A stretch of DNA of 64,000 nucleotides from positions 20,708,001 through 20,772,000 of the forward strand of contig JBHGNT010000013.1 of assembly GCA_043228905.1 (NCBI GenBank), written 5' to 3'. Shown one piece after another: positions 13,785-27,749 of this stretch (position 1 is the stretch's first letter; the number at the start of each line of letters is the position of its first letter). This DNA comes from Azolla caroliniana. Lineage: Eukaryota; Plantae; Polypodiophyta. The notes beneath the pieces are model-generated. The model made no database searches. It saw only the letters and a list, made by a program, of their open reading frames with translations, and was not told where the DNA came from. The position numbers were made by a program, and so were the translations under genes.

Positions 13785-15402
13785 CTATGATGCTAGATGA
13801 ATGTATTTACTTCCCATGGTTGACTCAATGCATTGAACCACATTGCCATCACATGTACAAACTGGACCTTTTAATTTGGCTGGGATTGTCTTCACAATGA
13901 TTTTGAAATTTCGACATGCCCTGTGAAGAGAGCCTGGTGCATGTGAAACCACCTCATCCAAGAACTCTTGTGCAACATCACCATCTTCATCCATCATTAG
14001 CTTCTCGGAATACCATTGCAAACCCTAAAATTGAGTAGATAACACAATTAAGTTTTAGCAATAAATGATGGTTGGTAAGTGGTGACACTAGACTTGGTTG
14101 TGAGGCAGTTTCAAATGCATGCTCAAATGCTTTAGGCTTGTTCCTTGATCCTTTTACATCTTCAAGTACAGCATGACAACTACATTAGTTTTTGTCTACA
14201 GGACATCATAATGACAGGTTTGACATACTTATTGAGTGGACACAAAATATGGGTTTAGCCGTTGGGACGTGTGGGAAATTTAGGGTCATTGGGGAAGAAA
14301 GCTAGCAATAAATATGGTTCAGTCGTTTCTTTGATCTTTAGATCACTATGTTTCACTAGTTTGCCGATATTATCTATGTAGCATCCCAAATCACAGTAAC
14401 CATCTATCCTTGGTTTTAGATCCTTATATCCAGAGGATCATATGTTTCAAGGATTGCTAAATAACTATGTATCACATCATAATGGTTGTATAATCCAATT
14501 GCTGCCCTGTTTTATGATAAAATTTTTACATGAATCTATCCAGACTTCGCATCAATGATTTCCAGAAAATATAACAATACTAAAGAATTCATACTTTGAG
14601 ATCCTGAGATCCATTCATATGTTTCATATAAATCTAAAGACCAAAAGAGTTCATGTGAAATATGAACTACAAGAAGGAATTTATAATGAGAATAAGATAG
14701 AAAATAAGAAAAAAACAAACAAGAAGAAGAATCAATACTTTTATAGAAGAATGCATAAATTGATAATCAAGAAAAAAATGCATCAGTGGTTAAGCGAAAA
14801 GGAACAGAATAGGAATAAGACTCCAACTCGTCAAAAACCAGGGGGGGAAAACAGAGCAAATGAATGAAATATCCATGCAAAACACATTTGGATGATATAT
14901 TATGCACAAACAGATGAATGAAATTTAAATGAAAAACAGAAAAAATTAAAATATATTGGATTACTTGTTTTATTTTAGAAAAAGAGAGAGACTAATTTAC
15001 GAATTTAGACGCATAAGAAAGACAAAAAAATTTGAATGAATGAAGAAAATGGGATTAACATAATGAAATTATTAAAAACAAAATGGGGAAAGAGTGGAAA
15101 CCTGGACACCGCCAGATCCAGGGGTACATTCAGACACAACAGGATTTGTGGAGATGGCCTTCAATGCCGAAGATGGCTCCCTAGAAGAATTCCTAACCTT
15201 GAATCCATTGAGCACGGGTATTTTGCCACAATTCGTTGTCTCCTTTGTATGCATGGTGGTGCCAAAGGGAACCTTGTTGGGATGGAATGATCCTCTCGGA
15301 ATATTCTCCTTGCGGGTATCGAATGAAGATTCCCTGCCCGACGGTGCGGCCGGCGGGAGATTCCGGCTCCTCGTCTCTTTTGCTGGTTGATGATGATGGC
15401 AA

Positions 15403-15441
<39 letters not shown>

Positions 15442-15494
15442 GGGTCCTTGAGAATGCCCAAATGGATGAGTATCTTGGAGAAAGCACCTGTCAT
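13785..15494 (-). CDS. Conserved plant protein of unknown function with a TUSC2/FUS1-like DEDGDVAQEF motif
   Basis: Exons 15494-15102 and 14024-13785 (CAG|GT...TTTTAG|GGT, phase 0). The join gives ...PVVSECTPGSGGVQ-GLQWYSEKLMMDEDGDVAQEFLDEV..., which resembles a plant family I recall with GGVQGLRWYxKRLRIDEDGDVAxEF. An alternative in-frame ATG is at 15515. Confidence 0.8.
15387..15439. repeat. (GAT)n microsatellite encoding poly-Ser/His in the minus-strand gene
   Basis: gatgatgat... run inside exon 1. Confidence 0.9.
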
Positions 15495-16503
15495 ACATCT
15501 CTCTCGATGTGACATGATCTATCTTCTTGGTGTTCTGTCAATGATGGAGATGAAGATGGAGATGGAGATGGAGATGGAGATGGTCTTTCCATAGCCATCT
15601 CCCTCCCCTGCTTTGACCTTCCCCTCCCTCTCTTGCTCTCTAACACCTTGTCTTTAAGGCATTTTCACATTGGGGCGGCCCGGGTTTTAGGACCTTTCGT
15701 AGCATATATCATTCGTGGTGAGCCCGGGGACATAGTGTCGCCAATGTTGTGTCATCTTCTTTGAGGTCTATAGTTTGGGGGGCACATAGGAACTCACCAA
15801 TTTCATATCACTATGAGCTTTCTTTGTAGGAAAAGGTAGATATTGTGTTGTGTCGTGATATACGTTCACGACAATAAGTCATTGGATTTTACCCATATCA
15901 CAAGATTTTGCAAACAAGCGAAATACAGCCTATAGGTCAGGACATGCAATTGTGTAAAGCTCTCTCATCCTTAAGGTAAGATATCTATATTTTCATATAT
16001 TATGTTTGTGTAAAGCTTTCCCAATGTAATTCTTGACTTGATGAGGAATAAGAGATAGTGTCTCAATCTAGTTTACCAAAGGAGAAAGTGAAAGGGTCAT
16101 GATGGGTCACAACTATTGTACATATAGAAATGTTGTGAGCAAAAAGAAAAGATATTTAACTTCCAAAATGCAATATTAGGCTCCAACCAGAACTAGATTG
16201 GAGACAAGTCAAGGGTATAAGAAGGAGAATAAATAAGTATATGGTATATAAATTTGTAGTGTATGTTTTGAAGTCAGGGGCATTTGGGTAATTACTCTGA
16301 TAGTTCTCCCTCATCATCAAAGGCATGCTTTTTGCCTCTTTTTGTTTCTAAATCCATCACCCAGCTTTCCAAAAACATTTGCATAATTTGCTTGAAACAC
16401 AGAGTGTAAATCAATTTATAAAGGACCCAAATCCTGATCCAGGATTCATTGATCCTGCTCTGTTGTTTTGGTTTGATTAATCAATCAAAGGTTCTTGAAA
16501 ATC

Positions 16504-17785
16504 ATGGCTGAAGAATCTTCCCAGCCCAGGAGGAAGATCCTGGCGGCCGTGGACGAGAGCGAAGAGAGCCTATCGGCACTCTCGTGGGCCGTCGACAATC
16601 TCATCGCCATTCCCGGGGGAGATTCCGATACCCGACAGGGTCCGGTCTCGGATTCTCCCAACGAGGCTGTCCTTGTGGTAATCCTGCATGTTCAACCTCT
16701 GCCTCACATGGTAGCAGGGCTTGCTGGACCAGGTGGTGAGTTCGAATCATGATCATTTCGATTCGGTAGATTCATAAACTGTTCTAGAATGGATGTATAT
16801 TCCATGTTGAATAATTAGGGTGTAATGTATCAGAAGGGTTTAGGGTATCTATACCATGATACCCCTCTCTCTGGAGTCATCAGTGGCCGGGAAGGGAAGT
16901 TTTCCGACCCACCGCTTGGCTCGTTAACTATTTGTGTTACATCGGAATGTTATTCATTTTTGTTAATTGTTATTGTTATTGTGTTCTGTTTTGTTTTTTG
17001 GGGTGGGTAGGGTATCCATTGGAAGATTTCTATTTCGAGCCTGAGATTTTGGAATCGGTGAAGAAGAATCAAGATGAGACCTCGAGGAGAATCATGCGTC
17101 GCGCGAAACACCTGTGTGACCAGAAACATGTATAACAAAAAATCTGGAGAAAAAACTTAAATCTAAGGGAGAGAATTGTAAATGGAATGCATAGCCACAC
17201 TGAAATTAATTACTTTTTTGGACAAGTAATAACAATAATCATGTATGGAAAGTTAATATAATCCAAGTAGCTGGATGAAGTTGGCAAATCAATCACAATG
17301 ATTTTACATTTGAGATGCAGAGGGCATCATAACATGGTTACATATTTGATTTCTATAGAGATGTCAGTCTCAATACACTGAAATTCGGTCAATTCGATTC
17401 AAAACATGATGATGAGTTATAGTGTGTTCAATTTTAATTTTCTTTTGTTTTTGGGTATGGTGATGATTGATTTATATAAATGGCCATAGCTCAATTCCGA
17501 GACGATGATTGTATCTGGCGATGCGAGGGAAGGAATCTGCGAAATTGTAGACAAGATCCGACCTAGTTACCTGGTCATCGGTAGCCATGGCTATGGGGCC
17601 CTTAAGAGGTATCTAGATGTATTACTATTATTTTCAATCCATTCTAATATATATTATGTTTGATACAATGTTAAAAGTGTGTTTTGTTTTTGTCCTCTTA
17701 TGGTTGCAGGACTTTCCTAGGGAGTGTGAGTGATTACTGTGCTCACAATGCTAAATGCCCTCTGGTTATAGTGAGGAAACAATAA
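16504..17785 (+). CDS. Universal stress protein A-like (USP2)
   Basis: Exons 16504-16735, 17011-17129, 17490-17608, 17710-17785. Motifs: [67 protein letters not shown]. Confidence 0.92.
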
Positions 17786-18833
17786 CCTATTCGATAAATT
17801 TGTTGCAAAAGTGGAAAATTGTTAAAGTTTAGTCATCCCTTGATTCAATAATGTTGTTGGGATCTGCAACTTGTAATCTTGATACATTAATAATATTGTA
17901 TAGAGACATTTATAGCACTATGCTAGGTTTAGTCGCTAGGTATGTTGGATTTGATATAATATCGTCGCAAGTTTGATTGGCGACGATGAGATGAGGTTAA
18001 GCAATACTAGTTATTAGTTTTTAATCAATGTGTTTTGATTCTTAATCGCACAGTTGCTCCCCTCCTTTTTGATGTTTTCTTCCCGTCTATTGGGTGCTCT
18101 CGCAAAATTTGTAAATGTAACTTTTTTGGTTTGCACTAGGAAATCTCAAAACTCCTAATGACTATTAACCTCTTGTTCTTGCATGGTTAAATGGTGACAA
18201 ATTAAAATGTGGGAGTGATAGCGGGAGGGAAATCATTAGAGCGGGTTCAATAAAGGAAAGGAAAACTTAGAGAGGCACTAATCAGGGGAATAATAAGGGA
18301 AAAAAATATTGTGATTGTGTTGATAATGTAGAATTCCGTTGTCTTGAACAATGATTTAATGTGTCCTCAAGCATCTCGTGTGTAGCTTGAATTTTTAGGT
18401 GTACAAATCACATAATTGTATTGAAGTGGGTAAGCCTTTCCAACTCACCTCTAGTGATGTGACTATATTAAACGATATAATCCTTGTTAATGTGGCTTTT
18501 CTCACACATAGAGAGTGTATTGAGTGGGAATGAGAATATACCTCTCAGAGTCACCATAGAAACCTCACAAGGAAAAGACAATGTTTCCTCCACACTTTTT
18601 CCTCGGGGTATAGCAAATGGGTTCTTTGTTCCCATGAAACCTCCCTCATTCACCGACATTCTCTCTATACTGGCACTTGGTAAGGTATCAAGTGAGGGGC
18701 ACCAAAATACCCGTTTAGTACCCTTTTCGTTTTGACATTATTTGCACTTCTCTCAATGTCTCAACAAAATCACAAAATACGAAGTATATGGATTGTGATT
18801 TCCTCCCGTATTAAAACTTGGTTCTTTGTACAA

Positions 18834-18952
18834 TCCTATCCTCATTTTTCTTAGGTTTTGTCATTGTAACATCATCAATTGGGGGGAGCAACTCCTATCC
18901 TCATTTTTCTTAGGTTTTGTCATTGTAACAACATCAATTGGGGTGAGCAACT
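18834..18952. repeat. 59-bp tandem duplication (2 copies)
   Basis: tcctatcctcatttttcttaggttttgtcattgtaaca...gagcaac occurs twice with about 2 mismatches. Confidence 0.85.
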
Positions 18953-19949
18953 AATAACTTTTGATACTCTATAGTTCGACATCACTCAAACCTAGCTATC
19001 ATTCATCAAAATATCACAAAATATTAGCTAAATCTTCCAACAAGATCAGAATTCCAAAACCAACTACATTATAGTTCTCAATTATTGTGACTATTTTTCA
19101 TCTACATTTTAACAACCATCCAAGTTTATTCAATATGTTGGCATTTATGAACTGAATTGTAAACAGACATTTGCAAAAGCACTCCACAATCCATAGATCA
19201 TTCTAATGATAACAAGGTGGGTCGCAAATGAGACCAAAACAATATTCATTGCATAATTGTTGTTGAAGTGACCAAATTGACGCTTCCGAAGGCCCTATAA
19301 GATGCCTTCTATTGTACACTTCAGGATTTCCCGACTCTATGAAACCTACCTGTACCTATTTGTATTGGGAAAGGTGTGTTATTCTTCATGGGGATAATTA
19401 AATTGGGTGTCTCCCATTCCTGAGCATTTCGTGAACGCTCTCTTGCTCCCAGGCAATCCCTTTAGTTAACCTTATTTGCCTCTCGTGTGAGACGAAGTTA
19501 CGGTAAGAGTTCTTCGGATGGGTGCGGGGAGTTGCTGCATTATTTGTGCCTCTGAAGTTCCATGATATAGAAGACACTTTTGGTCTTCGAAGTGCAAGAC
19601 TCTATGCCAAGCCCCTAGTGGTAGACATGCCTCTCGGATATCGTTGTAGTGTGTAATATACTATTACATCTACTTGACCGTAATGCTCGCCTGGCTCAAT
19701 GTGCCTCTCATGGAATGGTTGGCATAGCTTTGCTAGAATGTGTGTGTGTGTGTGTGTGTGTATCAATCCATGGCTTCTAGGATTGAAGGCCTATTATGTG
19801 AGGAAAAGAAAAGAAAAGAAAAGAAAACATGATCACTATCTTAAAATAGCAAGCAGACACATGGCACTTTGTTAGATCACCAAAACATGAGAGGTTTTTT
19901 GTCATAATGTGTGATCTCTCACCGTTTGTTAAGACAAAGAGTGGGGGGA

Positions 19950-19975
19950 CCTAAACCCTAAAGCCTAAACCCTAA
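19950..19975 (+). promoter_or_regulatory. Telo-box (AAACCCTA) cluster just upstream of USP3
   Basis: CCTAAACCCTAAAGCCTAAACCCTAA ends about 35 bp before the ATG at 20011. Confidence 0.5.
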
Positions 19976-20010
19976 TTAGACAGATTGATTTGTCATTACT
20001 GCTACATTTG

Positions 20011-22683
20011 ATGGGAAGTCCTCCTCCTCATCCTCATCCTGGAGGTAGTAGTAGTACTCATGATACATTGAGCAGTGAAGCTGCTGCAGACATTGGGGCA
20101 GAGCATGTCCCCTTGATGACCCCCATGAGTATGGCCACCCCTCAAATAAGTGGGGATCGAACCCGAGTCCTTGTAGCTGTTGATGAGAGCGAGGAATGCA
20201 TTGGAGCGCTCTCATGGGCCATCGATAACCTTCTCCTGCCCCCCGGACACGACAAATGCTCGGACATTCTCGTCCTCCTACATGTCCAAAGTCACCCCCA
20301 AATGTTAGTTGGACCCGTGGGTGCCGGTGAGTTTAACCGAGGTGTGGCCTCCACAATCAATTTAATTGCATGCCTCCTTTTTTGTTGTTATTTCGTGAGA
20401 TCGATTACATTTGTTTTTATATATTTTTTGACAGTCTCTTCCGTTACATTGTTTTATATTGGCTTTTGTGGTTTGTCCGTTGGTTGCTCGATCTCCTTTG
20501 AGATCATATGAATTTGTTGTATTGCAAGGTGTGGCCTTAGGATTTTAGTGCAATTGCTAAATTACATTCTATATTCTCAATGAGATTGTTTTCTTTAGGT
20601 GTTTTTAGTTTTTATTTGTTAGTCACTTTTGAGGAAAGCTTGGATGGTGTTACTCTTGTGAATATTTGATTTTGGCTTTTGAGATGATTGGTTTGGAGCT
20701 TTTTGGTTCAATTGTGGAGGTTTGGTTTCTTGCGGTTCCGTGGATCATTGCTCCTCTAATTTAGAGGTGGTGCGGGTGGTCTTTGATTCCCCATACTTCA
20801 AATTGATCAAGGTGTACAACCTTCAATTCCCAACACAATGTGTGTTTTCTTTTTATGCGTCCTATTATTTGTTTCGAGCTCTCTAGGCTAGACTAGATGT
20901 GAGATTTGCTTTTGCTTTTGCTTTTGAGAATCACACATCGCCAGTGTGTGTGTGTGTTTTGTTTAGGTTTTTTATATAATCTTTAGCTCTAATGCAATTG
21001 TGGACATCCTTGAGCTTTACATCCAAGGCTTGTTCCACACCCTCACATGCTATGTATATGTTAAATGTTTATGATGGCTAATGTTCAAATTTGATTTATT
21101 CATCTTTTTAATTACAGGATTTTATGTCACACCTGAAGTCTTGGACTCGATTAGGAAGAGTAATGACCATGTCTCCAGGAAAATCCTACTTCGAGCAAAA
21201 TTGGTTTGCGATGAAAAACATGTACGTATGTGCCTCATTTTGTGCCCTTGTTTAAAACTTTCAATCGTAAATAACCAATAAACACTATCTTGATGTTAAA
21301 ATTGTCGTCTCTGTCCAATATGAAACATGGAAAAATGAAAAAATATTTTTGTATAGTGCCCTTGACAACAAAGGACATTTTGAAACTCGTTATTTATTTA
21401 ACTTTGACATTTACATGTGTAGATCTTGATCATGTAGTCTCCTTCATAAACAACATGTCGGAAAATTGTAACTCTTTTTTAATGCCAACCAACATCTACA
21501 AGAGTGGATTACCACTAATGTATTCCCCATCGCAAAAGAAGAGCTTCAAAATTGTTAGCTCTTTATTTTTTTACTCCAAACTTTTATATGGGTTTGTGGA
21601 TGGATCTTGATAATGGACCAACTATGCTTGGGAACTTAGACATTTGCCAATATAAGGCCGAGAAATATAGAGTGATATAATGAGCAACAATGGGGACTAG
21701 GTTTACATTGTTGGTAAGCAAAAACATTTTAGGTTGTTTATTTAATGTCCAAAGTTGGCATTTTGAAATAGGTCTAAAAATAACACCCATCATGAGACTC
21801 CGTAGGGAGGCAGCACTGGGGAATATTAGACAATCGGACAATGGGCGAATACTAATCATGTAGTCAACCATAAATGCATTATTTGGGAAAAAAAAATCCT
21901 AAAAACAAACCAAATGTTCTGTCCCAAGATATGATCCGATTGTTTTGTTTCATTTCAAAATATGGCATGAGGCTTAACCATAGTAATAAGTTTTGTACTA
22001 ATAACCATAAAACAAGCCAAAAGTTTTCTATCCCAAGATATGATTTGGTCTTGATAACCAAAAATATATTGTTTCATCTCAAGATATGGCATCATGCTTA
22101 GTATCTAAAGTTAATTACATTCAGCTTTCTAATATGAAATCTTTACTTTCTTGGAGAATCATTGAATTCTTCATGCATATTTCAACTATAATGATGAACA
22201 ATTTCTCACATTTTAAAGCCATAAACAATTCATGAAATATGTTTTTGAGTTTGTAACTTAGCATTTGAACTTTATCATGGGTAAAGCTTTCAGAGTTGTT
22301 CCCCATGCATTTTGCAACTCTTAATTGTATTATTTGTAAACATGTTAAGATATTGCCATATTTCAAGTCCATTGTGAGTTGTTTGGCACGCAGATAGAGT
22401 CTGAGACCATGGTTGCGATTGGTGATGCAAGAGATGGTATTTGTGAAGCCATTGAAAAGCTTCATCCAAGATATCTAGTTATAGGTAGTCATGGATATGG
22501 AGCTTTAAAAAGGTATGATCTTATATATTGATTAGGTTAGAGCTTAATGAATGATTAATACCTTATCATTGTTATTATATATGTAGGACTTTCCTTGGGA
22601 GTGTTAGTGACTATTGTACTCATCATGCAAAGTGTCCTGTAGTCATTGTTAGGAAGCAAGCTACTACCGATATGAAGTCATAA
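20011..22683 (+). CDS. Universal stress protein A-like (USP3) with an N-terminal extension
   Basis: Exons 20011-20326, 21118-21221, 22394-22512, 22587-22683. Motifs: [65 protein letters not shown]. The start codon is uncertain because several in-frame ATGs are present. Confidence 0.9.
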
Positions 22684-25643
22684 TTATGTAATATGCTTCC
22701 CTTGGGAGTGTTAGTGACTATTGTAATTGTCATGCAAAGTATCATGTAGTCATTGTTAGGAAGCGACTATTGAGATGGTCATATTATTATAAGGTATTTT
22801 TTTGTATGTCTGAGAAATTTTGAGTTTCAAAATTTTCTTTCAATAAATGATTGTTTATATATATAATATGTTCATATTAGACCATTTTGTTCTTACATTT
22901 CCCATCAACTTGAAGTCACAATGCGACTTTGTCCCTTGTTCTTAATTAACATGTTTGGTCCCTTCTGTTGAAAGTACCAAAAACCCACCATCAAAGTGAA
23001 ACCATGGTCCATGTTTTCTTTTTGAGCAAAAAGACATCCTTTTTATGTATATGTTGGTTGATGTATGTTAATACCCATTGTCTACTAAACTTGTGACATG
23101 ATATCCATTGTTAAATTATATGTTAATGTGTGTACCTGAACTTGTGGCATGATAATTGTTGTTAAAGTATATGTTAATGTGACCACCTTCATTTATGTTA
23201 ATACTCAATTCTTCTCAACGTGTAGCATGATATCCATAGTTAATTAAATGTTAATATATGTACTTCATATAGAAACAATCTTCACATGATCTCTCTTGGT
23301 GCTTTTTTGTTTTCTTTTGCATACATGATATTACATTATGTGTTGTTTTCATTTTTGCGAGTAATATTACTTATGTTCCAAGGACCAAAACCAGTCTACT
23401 TCACAATGCAAAGAAATTTGTTGGGTCTCTCAATGTGATTGGCCTGTAAGATATGAGTTGTATATTATCCTATGTACATTGCCTTAACTAATGGAAGTAG
23501 TTTTTTTGGGGAAAAAAAAAAGAGGGGCTTGCATCACCCTAGTCCTAATAGATGATTAATGTCCCAATATTATTGGTCATTGTGAAGAGGATTACCTTAA
23601 ATTTATTTGGTTTCTCAATTTGTTGGGACTTAAGGGGTGCAACTTTTTGGAATACGTATTGAAGATGGTTGGTTGTTAGCAGTAGGTTGAGCTACAACTA
23701 AAGAGAGCTTTTCTTAATTAATCGTTTGGGTTCCCCTCAGGTGAGAATCCATTGTTCTTAGATTTTGGAAGGTTGAGTAAATGAGACATGAATCACTACT
23801 AAATTTTATAGAAAATATGTATGTTGAAAATATGGTTTGGTTTCCATTTTGTATTTAATTTTGTTGACTTAGGGCCAAACAAGATATAAGTTCTCACTTT
23901 TTGCTTTAATAATTAATTGAATGTATAGTATTGTCAAAATATTTGTCTACGTTGGAGCAAAACTCATGCTAATGAACTTTAGCACATAACCAAAGAATGA
24001 AAAGGACTCTTTGAATAATCTTTCAAAATGAACTCAATTGTGAGATGCATAATTGACCACTTTTCTCCACATCAAGTAAAGTGAAAAAGTGGAATAACAA
24101 TGAGATTCCATTTAAAAACTTTTGTGGAATGCAGTGAACAATTAAAAAAATGAGGACTCAACATCAATGATGGAAAAGTTTCTAAAGTACTTCAACTTGC
24201 AAATTTCAATTGAATGTAAAATTTGAAATTTTATTCCCTTATGATAGTTGCAAAATATTCACAATCTCAATATAGTACCAACATTTTAAGTCGTACGTTT
24301 CTACTATAAATATTTTGGAGTGCAATGCAAAGTTTCTACCATTCGTATAAAGCCATTACATTGGCATACAACCAAAGTTCTATATTAGGTTAGATTATTG
24401 AAAACATTTTAAAGGGTAGTGCACAATTCATCCTTAAAGGGTAGTGCACAATTCATCCAGTTGCATAAGCCTACCATGATTTTGATATTAACAGTGTGCA
24501 TAAAACTTCTAGTTGCCAAATTCGGTTGATTTGCAAGGGAAGGAAGTTATCACATCTATTTAGTGGTTCTTTATGATGGAAATTTTTTATTGCCAAAGAG
24601 TTTTATGGCTATGGGATATTGTCAACAATCTTCATCTTTTCCTCTTTTAGCATGGTTCTTCCCTCTCGTGAAAATGAGAAATGATGAAGAGCATCAAAAC
24701 AACTAATGAGTAGTGAAAAAGTCTAGTTAACCGAGCTTGAAGCATTGTCAATACGTAACAATCTCCAACTCAAATTTAAGTTTGTTGGAAGCTCATTTTG
24801 AACACAATGTTGCAAAACAAATAAATAATCATGGATTGGACCATAAATCCATGCATTGTGAAACATTACACTCATAGATTTGACTGCAAATCCATGTTCA
24901 TTATGAAACACAGAATATACATCACTCACAAATCAAGCCTCACAAATCAAGCCAAAATCGAGTGATAAGGTTTCTTTGAATCAACCTTATTTTATTTATT
25001 TAATCATCTAGATTCTACATAAGGTTTCTTTGAATTATTTCTTTAATCATCTAAATTCTACATGATGTGCATTGTGAACTTCTAAAATCATTTACCTACA
25101 AAAATTACAACTAAAATCAAAATTTTACAAAACCTATGAGAGATCCAGAAATGGAAACATAAATCTCCTTTGACATGCAAAGCACTTTCTGGATCCATGT
25201 TACGATCAGAGTTTCGCCCATCACGATTTAGTAGAACTAGGAGAAGCTGTAAAGGGGGGACAATGGGTATCAAGAAAGACAAAGAATGTGTCGGTTCTAA
25301 AGACATATCAATAAAGATGGTTCAAGATAATTCACATACTTTACAGAATGCTAAATCCCATGGAGGATATTCTATAATGCTGCTAAATTGCATGGAGGAT
25401 ATTCTATAATGCTTGTCACATGGATTTACACAACTTCTGCATACAAATAGATAGATGTTTCTCTATTATTAAACACAAAGTTTACAACCTTATTTTTGGT
25501 TAGGGATTTTATTATCTTAAGAAAGTCCATAACCTTATTGTTACATCATGCTTGGTACCTTAAAAAGCTTCTATCCATGTAAACCCCAAACTTTTAAAAC
25601 ATGCAATCGCCCCATGTTTTTCTACTCAAATTCACGAACATCT

Positions 25644-26945
25644 CTACGGATTCCTCACAATTACAATAGGACACTCGGCATGATGAGCGCAATAGTCACT
25701 AACACTTCCAAGGAATGACCTGCACAAACATCGTCGTGGAGGTTATTATTACTTCTAATATCATTATACATGTGCATACTAAACCTTGCTCATTAGCACA
25801 AGTCCTTACTTTACATATCATTATGCACATAACCAAATCCACACAACAATTGCACACATTTTGATTAATATATACTTCCCCACATCACAAGTCTTGACAT
25901 TTATTCCAAATTGCACTTACTCATGTAACTTGAGCTAGATAGGGCACATTATCTTAACACGCCGTGTGTGCGCAACAAGGCAACAAGTGTGGTTTGATCA
26001 ATTACAGATGATTTAACCTAAGTTCTAACATAAAGGATCATCACCTTTTAATGGCACCATAACCATGACTACCCATGACTAACATGTTTGGTTGTAGCTT
26101 GACAACCACATCACATATAGCCTCCCTTGGATCTCCATAAACAAGCATTGTCTCACTCTCCACCTGAATGACCATATCAATTTAGCTAATATTCTTCCGT
26201 TTCAGATTCCTTATGCATTTCAATTATAACCCATAGATTTCCACTAGTCACCCACTATAGATCAATATGTATTAGTTACATACATGGTTTCCCCAATAGA
26301 AGATACTCATCAATAAACTACATTTGAAGACACTTAACGTTTTTTTCCTTGCATAAATCCTTTGCACGCTCGAAGATCTTCTTGCATATCTCATCGTGAT
26401 GTTGTTTAATAGATTCTTGGACCTCTGGTGTCATGTAATAGCCTGACAATCAAAGAGATAGATTAAGACAAAAGGTATTGTTACATATCTTGATGAATAA
26501 TGTCAGACAATTGATATGGTTAACCACAAATAAGTTGCTTGAAAATGAGATGCACAAGGTTATGTGGCATTTGAATTTCAATTGGGAATTCCCGTATCGA
26601 TAGTTATATTACAAAAACTTGTTACGATTGATGAGCACATAATATAGCAGAGAATTTCATCGCATCAAGGAAAGTATTTGTTAAAGCGAAAACATCAATT
26701 CATTTGACTAGGGCAAAAGAAACAATGTAAGAGATGGGACTAAAATGAATAAGATGGATTGGAAATGACCTACCGTGGACGAGTTGTTGGTGAGGTTGGA
26801 CGTAGAGGAGCACGAGGAAATCCGACGATTGCCGAGACTGAGAATCGTGAAGGATTAGGTTGTCGAGGGCCCACGTGAGGGCGTTGACACTCGTCTCGCC
26901 TTCATCCAAAGCAACCAACACCTTTCGGCTCCATGGCGAATCCAT
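25644..26945 (-). CDS. Universal stress protein A-like (USP4)
   Basis: Exons 26945-26774, 26442-26339, 26163-26045, 25719-25644. Motifs: [67 protein letters not shown]. Confidence 0.92.
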
Positions 26946-27521
26946 CCTATCCTTCGATTTACCTTCTCAATTAACCCTAAATTTACTCGTGATCTGAATC
27001 TATCTCTAGATTAATTGAAGAGAAAGAGAGAACGAGAAAGAAAGAGCATTATGTCTTAACAAAACCCTACAACTTATTTATGCTCTGATTGTTGAGGACC
27101 AAACTAACGAAAAAGGGATAAATCCAGGACAAAAATAACATAGAGGATGTCTAGTAAGCCCTAAATTTCATACACAGAGAGAGAGAGAGAGAGAATTATG
27201 TATAACAAAATCCTAACACAAAATACAGAGGATTGTGTCTAATAAACCCTAATTTCACAGTGCACAAACATGCACACATATAGAGAATATGATCAAAGAA
27301 ATCGTAGAATACATATTGAGGAAGTAGATCTCAGAAAAAGCAGACAAAATCACTTATGCGATAAATCTTTTCAACTACTAATGGAGGATAATAAATGAAC
27401 AGAAATGGGTTCCTAAAATAGAAATCCCCCTGTTTCCTAAAATTAGAGAGCATGGATGATTTCTGTTCATTCGTTGATCAAAATACAATTAACCCTTCGG
27501 ATAGGCAAATGTATATATATC

Positions 27522-27553
<32 letters not shown>

Positions 27554-27749
27554 ACATTAGCAGGGAGACTGGATATTTTACTCGTGACTGCCTTTTTCAT
27601 GTGATTGTAAACTACAGTTGATTCATGCGGTAATTAAAAGTAGTGACAACATCAACAATACAATTAAAATGGGGGTTACAATCCATTTGCCTAAACCCTA
27701 GATTCTTAAAACAACTTACCATGAAAAATTGGATGGGCATCTTCATTAT

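Noticed and set aside
15161-15498. Poly-His, poly-Ile and poly-Met ORFs
   Set aside because: They are alternative frames of the (GAT)n microsatellite. Only the poly-Ser frame splices to the conserved exon.
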